From positions 73,720,001 through 73,784,000 of the forward strand of contig NC_086108.1 in assembly GCF_963921235.1 (NCBI RefSeq): a DNA stretch of 64,000 nucleotides, written 5' to 3'. How positions within the stretch are numbered: position 1 is the stretch's first letter; every line of letters starts with the position of its first letter. Both the position numbers and the translations under genes were made by a program. The notes under the pieces were generated by a model that was not told the DNA's origin, did not search any database, and was given only the letters and a program-made list of their open reading frames with translations. This DNA comes from Mobula hypostoma. Taxonomy: Eukaryota. This document shows, in pieces, positions 1 through 12,625 of this stretch.

Positions 1-1320
1 CTAGACTGAGATTTCCAGATGGTTTAGTGCCTCCAGATGCCATAGTCAGAGACACCTCGGAACACATCCACAGCACTTTTAAGTGAGCAATCAGAGGTTG
101 TGGTTCACATCAGTATCAATGAAATGCGTGGGAGGGGTAATGAGGTTGTGCAAAATGAGTTCAGAGAGTGAGGTGCTAAGTTAAAGGACAGGATCACCAG
201 GGTTGTGACTCAGGATTGTTATCTGTGCCATGTGCCAGTGAGTCTAGAAATAGGAAGATCATATCATTTAACACATGGTTAAGGAGTTGGTGCAGGAGCA
301 AGAGCTTCAGATTTTTGGATCATTGTGCTCTCTTCCAGGGAAGCTGGAACCTGTACAGAAGGGAAGGTTTGCACCTGATCCAGAGGGGGAACTAATATGC
401 AGTGGGAAGGTTCGCTAGTATTGCACAAGAGGATTTAAACTAGAGTTGAAAGGAGATGGGAACCAGAGCACCAGAAGATAGTGGAGTAGTTGTGCAGAAA
501 GATGCTGTTAAAACTACATACAAAGTCAGGAAGTGAAAGATTGAGCATGGTGGGACTAATGTTCTGAGCTGCGTACATGTCCACGGAAGGAGTATTGTAG
601 GAACGGCAGATGAGCTTAGGGCATGGATTAGCATGTGGAATTATGACATTGTAGCCATTAGTGAGATGGTTGCAGGAGGGGCAGGACTGGTAGTTCAATG
701 TTCAGGGGTTCCATTGTTTTAGACATGATAGAGTGGAAGGAAATAAAGGGGGAGGGGTGGCATTACTAGTCATGGAAAATGTCACGGCAGTGTTCAGTCA
801 GGTCAGATTGGAGAACTTGCTTGGTGAAGCTTTATGGGTAGAACTGACTATGTTGATAGGATTAAATTACAGACCAGCCAACAGTGTGCAGGATTTAGAG
901 GAGCAAATTTGTCGAGAGATCGCAGACTGTTGCAAGAAACATAAGGTTGTGCTAGTAGGTGATTTTAACTTTCCACGTATTGACTGGGACTCTCATACTG
1001 TAAAAGGACTGGATGGGACAGAGTCTTTCAAATGTGTTCAGGAAAGTTTCCTTTATTAGTATGTAGAATTCCGAACTAGAGAGAATGTGATACTAGATCT
1101 GTAGGGAATGAGAAAAGTCAGGTGACAGAAGTCTGTGTAAGGGGACACTTTGCATCTAGTGATCATAGTGCCATGAGTTTCGAAGTAATTATGGAGAAGG
1201 ATATGTCTAGTCCTTGGATTGAGATTCTAAATTGGAGAAAGGTCAATTGTGATGTCATCAAAAAAATTCTGGCAAGTGTGACTGGGACAGGTTGTTTTCT
1301 GGCAGAGGTGTACTTGGTAA
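1..1320 (+). mobile_element. Decayed CR1 LINE: ORF1 esterase-like end and ORF2 endonuclease start
   Basis: ORF 733-1059 GGGVALLV...NYRP...VGDFNFPRIDW; SDH motif in ORF 1122-1337; stops and frameshifts. Confidence 0.85.
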
Positions 1321-2064
1321 ACAGAACGCAGTTCTGAGAATTTCTATGTAATGAACGGAAGTTAACAAAAAATTTTAAAACTCGGCATAAAGTGAAAAAT
1401 GAAAACCTCGACCGTATATTGTCAGTGTCAGAGTGAACGTATACAGCTTAACAGTATGCTGATCATGAAACAAGCAAAGATCTGTCACAACAAACTGAAA
1501 ATTGAAGGAAATTGTCAATATTCAGCAGGCTGATTGCAAAAATTTAAGAAAAGGCACTGCATTCAATTTTAAAGCATCTGCAGATCACGAAGCTGCAGAG
1601 AAATTAATTGATGAGTTTGCCAAGATCATCACTGATGAAAATCTAACCCCAGAACAAGTCTACAATGCTGATTGTTTTTATATCTTACAAAAAACCCAAA
1701 CAAAAAGTAGAGTACAAATACAGTGCAGTGTAACACTTTAATCAAAACATGGCATTGTAAGTGGAGATTGAAAGCCTGCGGTTGTTTGTTGTTGTTCAAC
1801 AGCTGATTCAGGTATTCTCCTGATGCTGCTTTGCTGCTTTTGTTACCCTGCACATGTTCTATGTTCATTATATTAATGGTATCTAATAGTTTTTACAGTT
1901 AACTACACCAGTGTGATGAACAAATGTTATACAAAGACTGCTTACTGGTCGCACATAAATTCAGAATCAGAAGTGATGGTGATCTCAAACAATCTCATTA
2001 TGTATTTCAAAATTTGAAAAAAATTGAAAACCCGACACACTTTGGATAAGGGGTACTCAACTAT
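1321..2064 (+). mobile_element. Tigger/pogo DNA transposon remnant
   Basis: Transposase-like SADHEAAEK...LTPEQVYNAD (1502-1741); Tigger4-like end TTGGATAAGGGGTACTCAAC near 2042-2061. Confidence 0.75.
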
Positions 2065-3036
2065 GTTTACTTTGTTATTCTTCCTCTTTATCATCTTTAA
2101 TCATCCTTTCCTAAGTTTCTAATAATTTCCTCTGAACAGGTCCTGCAGAACCCCACTACAAACAACCTTCCAGTTACCAAAATCTTTTGAAATAAACCTA
2201 TAAGACTTTAAATTAATGCCAGCACGCTGTTCTCATTAACCAATAAAAGGAAAATGGACAGGCATTCACTCTCCCATCTGTTCAGTGGCAAAATAATTTT
2301 TAATAGCATTTTAAGCAAACCTATTAATTCACTAATCATCTAAATTAATTAAAATACTGGAATCATTTTAATTAACAATTCATCATTAAATCTAAACATC
2401 CCAGTGACTTGCTATTAAATATTCTTGACCATAATTTTAATGCATGGTCTTTGGAGAAACAGTGATGAACCAAACACTTATGTCCCTTATGTTGTCTCTG
2501 TTAATACTTGGTCTGCATTCTTGCCCTATTCATTTATAACCAACTCCAAAAGAGGCTCAAACAACAGTAGCTGAATGCAACATACTTATTTTGCATTCAC
2601 TGGCTCACCCATCTCTGCAAATCTATTTTGTGACACAAAAGAATTGTTTCTTTGGAGTGGAGGTGAATCAATGGAACATACATTTCTGTGGTGTATTGTG
2701 ACACAATCATTTATTACAAATGTTACCTTGATTTAAAGAGCTACTTCACCAAATTCACGAGGAAGCTAGATACGTTGGAAGTACAGACAGCCACACAATT
2801 ATGGCATTTAGAACAAACCTGTGTTATTTCTTAGCAATTTATAGTCAAATTATCATCTGTCCACACATTATCTTAAACTAATTTTTTCCTGCCTGTACTT
2901 TTCCATAATGCAAAATGTAAAATTTAACAACAGTACAATGATCTGCTTGACCTGTTAACCTTGCCTCCTCAATTCAATGCATGCATATTTTATTGATGGA
3001 CATTGAGGTAATGAGTACTTGAAAGTTTTCTCTCAC

Positions 3037-3138
3037 CAGACACTCTAGCAGCCGTGCCGGCCGGGCAATAATGATCATCAGTTTCTTCACCAGCTGAGTA
3101 ACAAATGTCACCTCTGAACTCTCAGACCGCTCGTGTGC
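3037..3138 (-). CDS. MAST2: MAST2 exon (102 nt): [34 protein letters not shown]
   Basis: ttttacAG acceptor and GTgaga donor; [10 protein letters not shown] and [10 protein letters not shown] fit MAST2 better than MAST1 or MAST4 as I recall them. Confidence 0.95.
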
Positions 3139-4153
3139 CTGTAAAATAAAGGATTAGATTCACATTTAAAACAAGATTTTATAACACCACCACAATTTAT
3201 TTCAGCAACAAAAGAAATTCTATATTGTATACAAATAACACTCAGGGCCCTCTGCCTCAGAAATAGGACCACTAATAAAAGAAGGGGCTCAACTTTTAAG
3301 AGTATGTCTGCCAAAAACCTTGCACATTTCTGAAGCTCCAAAACTCTCGTCAGGACACTATCATGCTCAAAAGATAATCGAGACATCTTGTTTTGATGCT
3401 GTTTAAACCTCTTTTGAAATATGCTATACTACATACTAGAACCTCATTTCTGTGCAAGTTTAGCCTTGCCAGCAGCAGCACACGATCATTAGCTTCTGAA
3501 GCTGATGTCATTGCTTATCTGAGAAATGCCTATGTCATTCCTATACACAGTGAATCCCAATGACATAATCACCAGCAGAATAATTTACCCAGACAGGTTA
3601 AGTTATACTCTGTCTGAAAAGTCATCCATCAACACTAGTAATCACTGGTGCATGAAATTAAAATGACCCACCATTCCCCCACTCCTCCAGGTCACATCAC
3701 AATACCTCTTTAAGAGACTCCAAATAGGTGGGTGTTAAGAAATATACAGAAAAATAAACTCAAAGCATTTTTCTCCTAGAAACATTACATTTTGGATCGT
3801 GTTAATATGTTTTCTCTATTAAAAATTACCTTCATATATTGGTTTTTAATACCTCCATATATTAAGATTACTAAATTAACATTTTATCTTGCAAAATAAA
3901 AGATATGTGGAAGATCACACTTACAGAATTAAATAGTAACAGAAAAAGATTTTAGTGTGGAGTTTTGCTCTAAATTAAATGTAAATCAATTTAATAATAA
4001 ATACAAACAAAAAACAACATTTAAAAAGAACAACTTCTCCCCTCCCCAAATCTTGTTCATGACTTCTTCAGAACTTCAACTGCAAGACACTGCAACACAC
4101 ATCAAAGTTGCTGGTGAACGCAGCAGGCCAGGCAGCATCTGTAGGAAGAGGTG

Positions 4154-4195
4154 CAGTCGACGTTTCAGGCCGAGACCCTTCGTCAGGACTAACTG
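4154..4195 (-). ncRNA. Minimal type I hammerhead ribozyme motif (PLE repeat)
   Basis: AGTC-CTGACGA-AGG gtctcgg CCT-GAAA-C-GTC-GACT: intact core, stems I and II, palindromic ACGT stem III. Confidence 0.8.
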
Positions 4196-6762
4196 AAGGA
4201 AGAGTGAGTAAGGATTTTAAAGTTGGAGGGGGAGGGGGAGATCCAAAATGATAGGAGAAGACAGGAAGGGGAGGGATAGAGCCAAGAGCTGGACAGGTGA
4301 TAGGCAAAAGGGATACGAGAGGATCATGGGACTGGAGGTCCGGGAAGAAAGACAGGGGCGGGGGGCACCCAGAGGATGGGCAAGAGGTATATTCAGAGGG
4401 ACAGAGGGAGAAAAAGGAGAGTGAGAGAAAGAATGTGTGCATAAAAATAAGTAACAGATGGGGTACGAGGGGGAGGTGGGGCCTTAGCGGAAGTTAGAGA
4501 AGTTGATGTTCATGCCATCAGGTTGGAGGCTACCCAGACGGAATATAAGGTGTTGTTCCTCCAACCTGAGTGTGGCTTCATCTTTACAGTAGAGGAGGCC
4601 GTGGATAGACATGTCAGAATGGGAATGGGATGTGGAATTAAAATGTGTGGCCACTGGGAGATCCTGCTTTCTCTGGCAGACAGAGCGTAGATGTACAGCA
4701 AAGCGGTCTCCCAGTCTGCGTCGGGTCTCACCAACATATAAAAGGCCACATCGGGAGCACCGGACGCAGTATATCACCCCAGTCGACTCCACTAAGAAGC
4801 ACCAGGCCATTGTCTCCCACACCATCACCGACTTTATCCACTCGGGGATCTCCCATCCACTGCTACCAACCTTATAGTTCCCACACCTCGCTCTTCCCGT
4901 TTCTACCTCCTACCCAAGATCCACAAACCTGCCTGTCCTGGCCGACCTATTGTCTCAGCTTGCTCCTGCCCCACCGAACTCGTTTCTGCATACCTCGACA
5001 CGATTTTATCACCCCTTGTTCAATCCCTTCCAACCTATGTTCGTGACACTTCTCACGCTCTTAAACTTTTCGATGATTTTAAGTTCCCTGGCCCCCACCG
5101 CTTTATTTTCACCATGGATGTCCAGTCCTTATATACTTCCATCCCCCATCAGGATGGTCTCAAAGCTCTACGCTTCTTTTTGGATTCCAGACCTAATCAG
5201 TTCCCCTCTACCACCACTCAGCTCCGTCTAGCAAAATTAGTCCTTACTCTTAATAATTTCTCCTTTGGCTCCTCCCACTTCCTCCAAACTAAAGGTGTAG
5301 CTATGGGCACCCGTATGGGTCCTAGCTATGCCTGCCTTTTTGTTGGGTTTGTGGAACAATCTATGTTCCGTGCCTATTCTGGTATCTGTCCCCCACTTTT
5401 CCTTCGCTACATCGACGACTGCATTGGCGCTGCTTCCTGCACGCATGCAGAACTCGTTGACTTTATTAACTTTGCTTCCAACTTTCACCCTGCCTTCAAG
5501 TTTACCTGGTCTATTTCCGACACCTCCCTCCCCTTTCTAGATCTTTCTGTCTCTGTCTCTGGAGACAGCTTATCCACTGATGTCTACTATAAGCCTGCTG
5601 ACTCTCACAGTTATCTGGACTATTCCTCTTCTCACCCTGTCTCTTGAAAAAACGCCATCCCCTTCTCGCAATTCCTCTGTCTCCGCCGCATCTGCTCTCA
5701 GGATGAGGCTTTTCACTCTAGGACGAGGGAGATGTCTTCCTTTTTTAAAGAAAGGGGCTTCCCTTCCTCCACTATCAACTCTGCTCTTAAACGCATCTTC
5801 CCCATTTCACGTACATCTGCTCTCACTCCATCCTCCCGCCACCCCACTAGGAATAGGGTTCCCCTGGTCCTCACCTACCACCCCACCAGCCTCCGGGTCC
5901 AACATATTATTCTCCGTAACTTCCGCCACCTCCAACGGGATCCCACCACTAAGCGCATCTTTCCCTCCCCCCTCTCTCTGCATTCCGCAGGGATCGGCCC
6001 TACACAACTCCCTTGTCCATTCGTCCCCCCCATCCCTCCCCACTGATCTCCCTCCTGGCACTTATCCTTGTAAGCGGAACAAGTGCTACACATGCCCTTA
6101 CACTTCCTCCCTTACCACCATTCAGGGCCCCAAACAGTCCTTCCAAGTGAGGCAACACTTCACCTGTGAGTCGACTGGGGTGATATACTGCGTCCGGTGC
6201 TCCCGATGTGGCCTTTTATATATTGGCGACACCCGACACAGACTGGGAGATCGCTTTGCTGAACATCTACGCTCTGTCTGCCAGAGAAAGCAGGATCTCC
6301 CAGTGGCCACACATTTTAATTCCACATCCCATTCCCATTCTGACATGTCTATCCACGGCCTCCTCTACTGTAAAGATGAAGCCACACTCAGGTTGGAGGA
6401 ACAACACCTTATCTTCCGTCTGGGTAGCCTCCAACCTGATGGCATGAACATCGACTTCTCTAACTTCCGCTAAGGCCCCACCTCCCCCTCGTACCACATC
6501 TGTTACTTATTTTTATGCACACATTCTTTCTCTCACTCTCCTTTTTCTCCCTCTGTCCCTCTGAATATACCTCTTGCCCATCCTCTGGGTCCCCCCCCAC
6601 TTGTCTTTCTTCCCGGACCTCCTGTCCTATGATCCTCTCGTATCCCCTTTTGCCTATCACCTGTCCAGCTCTTGGCTCTATCCCTCCCCCTCCTGTCTTC
6701 TCCTATCATTTTGGATCTCCTCCTCCCCCTCCAACTTTCAAATCCCTTACTCACTCTTCCTT

Positions 6763-6804
6763 CAGTTAGTCCTGACGAAGGGTCTCAGCCTGAAACGTCA
6801 ACTG
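6763..6804 (+). ncRNA. Minimal hammerhead ribozyme motif (PLE repeat)
   Basis: CAGTTAGTC-CTGACGA-AGG...CCT-GAAACGTC-AACTG; one stem I mismatch. Confidence 0.7.
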
Positions 6805-7793
6805 CACCTCTTCCTACAGATGCTGCCTGGCCTGCTGCGTTCACCAGCAACTTTGATATGTGTTGCTTGAATTTCCAGCATCTGCAGAATTCCTGTTATT
6901 TGCAAGACACTGCTATAGTTTTAAGGGTACACTGTGAGAATCTCTAAGCCATATAATACAGAAAAAATGTAAATAATGATTTATGTGCTGTCTGCTGTTC
7001 TGCCATGGCTAAAAATACAATTATTCTTCAATATTTTTGCTTTATGATCCAGTATGATGTAATAGTCAATGCTAGTTAATGCTAGGCAGAGAATCAACTG
7101 CAAGGATTTATCTTTTCATCCTCCCAGCATTATGTTTAACATCCCCCAAAGATTGATTCTAAATCACCTTCTTCTCATTTGCATGCTGTAGTTCATCAAC
7201 ACTGTCTAAAATACAATACAAGATTCTATGAATATAGTTAGGTTCACCAAATTATTTCCTTGGCAGTGCCTTTGCACAGTCAAAGTCCTTGTCAGCATCC
7301 AAGAAAGGATGATAGTTTTATTATGAAAAGAATTAAGCTAACTTATTCAGTCCCCACAAATTCCAGCTACATCACTCATCCTAGCTGTATATGACTGAAT
7401 TTCAGTGTGCTACTGTACTCTGAGCTGTGCTTTATCCACTTAATGCATCCATCACTAAACTTATAAAGCTTCACTTGCACACCATGGCCATTTCTACCTT
7501 GGCCCATCTGCTACTAAAGCCCTCTGACCTGACTATTTTAATGTTTCTTTGATAGGCATTTTATATTTTATCTTCCATAAACTTAAGGTCATCAAAAATT
7601 TGCTGCCAACATTTTGATTCTCACTTGGACCATATCTGTTTCATCCATAAGACATACAACTAAGACCATCGGATTTGCTCAGCCATTCCATTACAGTAGA
7701 TTTATTATTCCTCTCAATCTCATTCTCCTGTCTTCTCCCCATAATGTTTGATGTCCTAACTGATCAAGAACCCAAAAACCTCGTCTTTAAATA

Positions 7794-8002
7794 CAATGCC
7801 TATAAAAAGTATTCACCATCACCGCCCCCCCCCACCCCGGAAGTTTTCATGTTTTATTGTTTTACAACATTGAATCACGGTGGATTTAATTTTTTGACAC
7901 TGATCAACAGAGAAAAAACATATTTAATCCATTGTGATTCAATGTTGTAAAACAATAAAACATGAAAACTTCAAGGGGAATGAATATATTTTATAGGCAC
8001 TG
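7794..8002. mobile_element. Tc1/mariner-type MITE (fold-back, 209 bp)
   Basis: TA flanks; ends CAATGCCTATAAAA...TTTTATAGGCACTG; long internal inverted arms (GAAGTTTTCATGTTTTATTGTTTTACAACATTGAATCAC and its reverse complement). Confidence 0.85.
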
Positions 8003-10845
8003 TACATCCAGTGACGGCCTCCACAGCCATCTGTGGAGGACTTTTCTCATGATGGACTGGGCACTATTCACTTTTTTTTATATAGAGGATCTTCCGTTCA
8101 AGGGCATTGGTGTTTTCATACCAAGTTGTGATGCAGCCAGTCACTACCAAAGTTCAATATACTCTCCACACACATGTATAAAAGTTTGTCAAAGTTTTAG
8201 ATGCCATGCCAATTCTTCACACGCTTCTGAGGAAGTAGTGGGAAGTATACTGTAGGCTTCTCGACGCCCTATTCCATCTGCCACTTCTTTGCCCATTGTC
8301 CCAATTTGTCTAAGTCCTGCAGACTTGCTGCTTCCTCATCACTACCTGCCCCATCACAACCGTGGGCACACTGCCTTCTATTGTTTCCTGATCAAGACAC
8401 AAATTGTTTTTAAAACTTTCCTCAAATCTTTCTGTGGCGTCATCTTCCTGTTATCAAATCTTTCTGTGTTCATCCTTCCCTTACCATGTAACTGCACTCA
8501 AACACCAACCTAATGACAAATGCTGCCTTTTTTTTTGCTATTGCCCAATTTTTGTCTTCCAGAAGGTATTCTGAGGAAATATTAAACTACACGATTTGGG
8601 AGTTAAGCAATGAGGCAAATGAACCACTAGCTTTTGATACCCAATTATACTCAGTATTAAAGTCAGTCATATTCATCAACCTATCCAGCAAGATCTTCAA
8701 ATTTGTTTTTTGTTCGTTAATCAAAACCAAATAAAATCAACCAAAATCTACTGAATGCCAATGTCATGGGAATCTGGAGAGAAAACTTCTGTGTAGGAAA
8801 AGACATTGCAGAAAATCGCATCAAATTCCAAACAATTAGTTAGTGTGGACTACCTTCTCATTTATTATTTGTATTTTCTATCATGTAGGGCGAGCACCAT
8901 GGACTCACTGGGCCAAAGGATCTGCATATATGGACTGTATTGTTTTATAACTCTATGTACTTTGAATTCTTATTGAAATGAAAAAAATACCACTCTGAAT
9001 AAGTTGATTTTATATTGAAATATCTTCAGACTCTTTAACCTTATGAAATAATTATCAGTCAAATACAAGATCAAGAAGGCATCGTGGAGAGCGAGCAAGC
9101 AGCTGGATAAGTGTGGACATGATACTCCAAAGGGCTTATTTCCGTGCGATATGGATCACTGGAGAGTGAAAAGTCACAACGCCTGTAAGTGAAAACGCGG
9201 ACAGATCAGAAAGTGAAAGGCATCATGTGTGGAGAATGAGGGTCTGGCAAAGTGTGGAGATAGTGCTGTGAAGAATGGACAGGAGGAGCCTAGACAAGCA
9301 AAGTGACACAGGCCTTGTGAATGGAGAACAGGTAAGCAAGAATGGGTCCTGAAGTGCCTTGTCACAAGATAGCCATGAATGACTGATAGGTATTTCTTTC
9401 CAGTCTCTTTTGAATACCCAAGTAATGTAGCCATAAGTACACGATTAAAATAACTAAACCCAAACTAATTAATCAGAACAGTTGTCCTGTAATATATGGA
9501 TATCTGCAGATCCTATCAAGGGGTGGCAAAGCTATAGCACGCATGCCTAAGGTAGCATACATAAAAGAATTGTTGGGATACAACCTACAGTGCCGCCCCT
9601 CAATTCTTTAAACCCCACCCATAATAAAATGATACATAATAATCTTCACTGCCAAATGAAGAAGTGACAGTTGCAAGAACAAGTGACATTGGATGATTTT
9701 TTAAAAAAAATCCTTGCAGAAATTATGTACACTTCAGTATTTGGCAACAACATTATCATAACCATCAACAGCAATTGCCTCAAAAAAAAGATTGCCCTAC
9801 CACTTCATTTGTAAGTTGGTGGAAATCTGCAGCGTGATTATCTCCAAGTTTCATCAACAATCAGACAGTTTTAAAGGGTAGCTTTTAAAGAATCACTTAT
9901 ACTTACAACATTTAAGTATGTTTTTATAGTGTGAAAAGGATTCTGTAAATAAATAGCAATAAAGATATGACCTCTATAACACTGTCAGAAATGCTAAGAG
10001 ATAGTACCAGTCCAGAATAGAGTCTCGATCCAGCCATCGGCTGAAGCAGGACTTAACAACTATAATAGGTTACAAAATGAAGTCAGGCAACATCACCAAT
10101 GCAATCCCATCCCATCCCAATAAGCTTTTCAACAGAAAGGGATGGGTATGTCACCATGGACCATGACTGCATCCACTGCACCTGAATCTACAGTTACCAT
10201 TGTGGGCCCAGATGTGCCTGTGGCCATAACAATAGATCCTGTACCTTATGTGAGAGGGAGGAGTTGGGGATTTAGGATCTGATGTTCTTATTCATGTTTT
10301 GCTGCATGGGCAACCTGTTAGTTTTCTGTGTGTGAGAGAGGGTGTTGGGGGTTTTGATGCCATGTCACTGTTCTTTGCTGCGAGGGAGGGGTCAAGGGTT
10401 TGGCGTTTTTGATGTTCTGCCTGCTGTTTTTCATGTGGGCAACCTGTTAGTTTTCTGTGTAAGGGAGGGGTAAGGGGTTTGGGGGTTTGCAAGTTTTGTT
10501 TCTTTTTCTTTTTTAGAGCTGGTGGGGGAATGAGGGAAATTGATGCCTTTTCTTCCAACAACTCCCATAGTTTTTCTGTATTTCATGACCATATGGAGAA
10601 GACAAATATCAGAGTTGTATTGTACATGCATACTTTGACAATAAAATGAACCTTTGATGTTACTGCCAAGAAAGCTCACCAACGTTTCTACTTGCTCAAA
10701 AGACCAAAGAAATTCACCATATCCCTGTCAATAATTACCAATTTTTATCGATGCACCATTGAAAGCATTCTGTATAGATGCATGCAACACACATCAAATT
10801 TGCTGGTGAATGCAGCAGGCCAGGCAGCATCTATAGGAAGAGGTA

Positions 10846-10887
10846 CAGTCGACGTTTCGGGCCAAGACCCTTCATCAGGACTAACTG
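10846..10887 (-). ncRNA. Minimal hammerhead ribozyme motif
   Basis: AGTC-CTGATGA-A-GGG tcttgg CCC-GAAA-C-GTC-GACT. Confidence 0.8.
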
Positions 10888-11356
10888 AAAGAAGAGCTAG
10901 TAAGAGATTTGAAAGTGGGAGGGGGAGATCCGAAATGATAGGAGAAGACAGGAGGGGGAGGGATGGAGCCAAGAGCTGGACAGTTGATTGGCAAAAGGGA
11001 TATGACAGGATCATGGGACAGGAGGCCTAGGGAGAAAAAAAGGGGGAGGAGAGAAGCCCAGAGGATGGGCAAGGAGTATAGTCAGAGGGAGAAAAAGGAG
11101 AGAGAGAAAAAGAATGTGTGTATATAAATAAATAACAGATGGGGTACGAGGGGAAGGTGGGGCATCAGTGGAAGTTTGAGAAGTCAATGTTCATGCCATC
11201 AGGTTGGAGGCTACCCAGACGGAATATAAGGTGTTGTTCCACCAACCTGAGTGTGGCTTCATCTTTACAGTAGAGGAGGCCGTGGATAGACTTATCAGAA
11301 TGGGAATGGAACGTGGAATTAAAATGTGTGGCCACTGGGAGATCCTGCTCTTCTTT

Positions 11357-11398
11357 CAGTTAGTCCTGACGAAGGGTCTCGGCCCGAAACGTCGATTG
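11357..11398 (+). ncRNA. Minimal hammerhead ribozyme motif
   Basis: AGTC-CTGACGA-A-GGG tctcgg CCC-GAAA-C-GTC-GATT. Confidence 0.78.
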
Positions 11399-12094
11399 TA
11401 CCTCTTCCTAGAGATGCTGCCTGGCCTGCTGCGTTCACCAGCAACGTTGATGTGTGTTGCTTGAATTTCTAGCATCTGCAGATTTTCTCCTGTATGGATA
11501 CATAACGGCTTGGTATGGAACTACTCTTAATGTGGCTGCAAGAAGCTGCAGGGCTGTGGACGCATCTCAGCATATAGAAATCAGCTCCATGGACTCTGTC
11601 TATACTTCTCACCCCAGTAAAGCAGCTGGCAGAATAAAGACCCCACCCACTCCAGACATTCTCTTCTTCCTTCTGCCATCGGACTGAAGATACAAAAGCC
11701 TGAAAGCTCGTACCACCAGGCTCAAGGACAGCTTCCATCCCACTGCTATCAGATTCTTGAACTGTACGATGGACTCTTGGCCTCACAATCTATCTCGTTA
11801 TGATCTTGCACTTTATCATTTACATGCACCACACTTTTTTAGTGGCTTTTACACTATATTTTGCATTGTTATCATTTTAACTTATTCTTGCTCAATGCAC
11901 TGTAGGATGATTTGATTTGAATAAACAGTACGCAAGACAAGCTTTTTACTGTGTCTTGGTACACGTAACAATAAACTAACATCATTTTCATCAGAAAGAG
12001 GAGTACATATAATTGGATGTACAACAATTGTATTTTACTTTTAAATTTGAGTATTTGTGATATTATTTTATTTTTTACTCATATCTACATGAGT

Positions 12095-12292
12095 TCTTCT
12101 TCTTCATGTGCCTTGCGCGTTACACGCATGGGCAATCGTGGCTCTCCACATGGAATGATCCCATGCAGCGTCAATGATATCTCGCACACTTAGATCTGTT
12201 AGTTCTTTCACAGTGTCCATATATTTTCTTCTTTGCCTTCCTCTTCCGCGTTTCCCAGGCGTACAGCCTTGTATTGTAAGGCATTCTATTTC
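12095..12292 (-). mobile_element. RTE-clade LINE 3' end (198 bp) with (GAA)n tail
   Basis: Open frame EIECLTIQGCTPGKRGRGRQRRKYMD...WRATIAHACNAQGT*; perfect TSD TATCTACATGAGT at 12082-12094 and 12293-12305. Confidence 0.85.
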
Positions 12293-12415
12293 TATCTACA
12301 TGAGTATTTCATAATTAAAACCTCATTTACTTTCCGTAATTAAGAAACATTTGATAGCAATAGAGAGATCTGCTTATAATGCCATCAGAATTTTAAACTC
12401 AAACTGAATACTTAC

Positions 12416-12625
12416 ATCTTGCAGAAGCCTCTCTAAATTCTCTTGCAGCTCAAAGAAATATCTGGAAGTGATAAGGCCATCTCGGGATTTAGCCAGGCAG
12501 TCCCTAGCGAGCTCAATCACCTGGTGGTGGATGAAGCTGAGAACTCCATCAGCTAACGGCAACACATTCTCTGGAGCACTGGATTTGATGAACTCCTGGA
12601 GGTTCTCTTCCATTTGAGCCGTGGC
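12416..12625 (-). CDS. MAST2: MAST2 exon (210 nt): [12 protein letters not shown]...[23 protein letters not shown]...NLERLLQD
   Basis: caacAG acceptor and GTaagt donor; overlaps ORF 12374-12613; DUF1908/IRE helical domain. Confidence 0.97.

Larger units (their letters stand above)
4094..6900 (+). mobile_element. 5'-truncated Penelope-like element (RT plus GIY-YIG, Neptune-like) with an inverted copy of its 3' end at 4094-4789
   Basis: RT motifs DVQSLYT, QTKGVAMG, RYIDD; Cys linker CKRNKCYTC; GVIYC...YIG..T endonuclease; TGA at 5645-5647 and a frameshift near 5980; TSD TGCAAGACACTGC at 4081-4093 and 6901-6913. Confidence 0.95.
10784..11489. mobile_element. Penelope-like fragment: inverted arm 10784-11350 plus forward terminal 11347-11489
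   Basis: Strong similarity to 4094-4660 and 6755-6895; degenerate TSD CTGTATAGATGCAT (10770-10783) and CTGTATGGATACAT (11490-11503). Confidence 0.9.
10655..11980 (+). mobile_element. Rex-Babar-type LINE 3' fragment interrupted by a PLE
   Basis: KAHQRFYLL...NFYRCTIESIL reading before 10784 resumes as YITAWYG after 11490; AATAAA near 11969. Confidence 0.75.

Noticed and set aside
5645..5647. In-frame TGA in the PLE ORF as selenocysteine or readthrough
   Set aside because: The copy is 5'-truncated and frameshifted; a simple nonsense mutation is the likelier explanation and no SECIS is evident
9517..9805. Possible old hAT MITE
   Set aside because: Ends only weakly complementary and no convincing 8-bp TSD
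10304..10490. Direct repeat TGGGCAACCTGTTAGTTTTCTGTGT about 130 bp apart
   Set aside because: Internal duplication in a retroposon 3' UTR; no sign of independent function
4068..11464. Recurrent small ORFs ending ...SPDEGS.PETST...DAAWPAAF
   Set aside because: Translations of the PLE terminal repeat and hammerhead, not a protein family
12374..12613. 79-aa ORF as a stand-alone gene
   Set aside because: It is a MAST2 exon read from an internal Met through the donor at 12415
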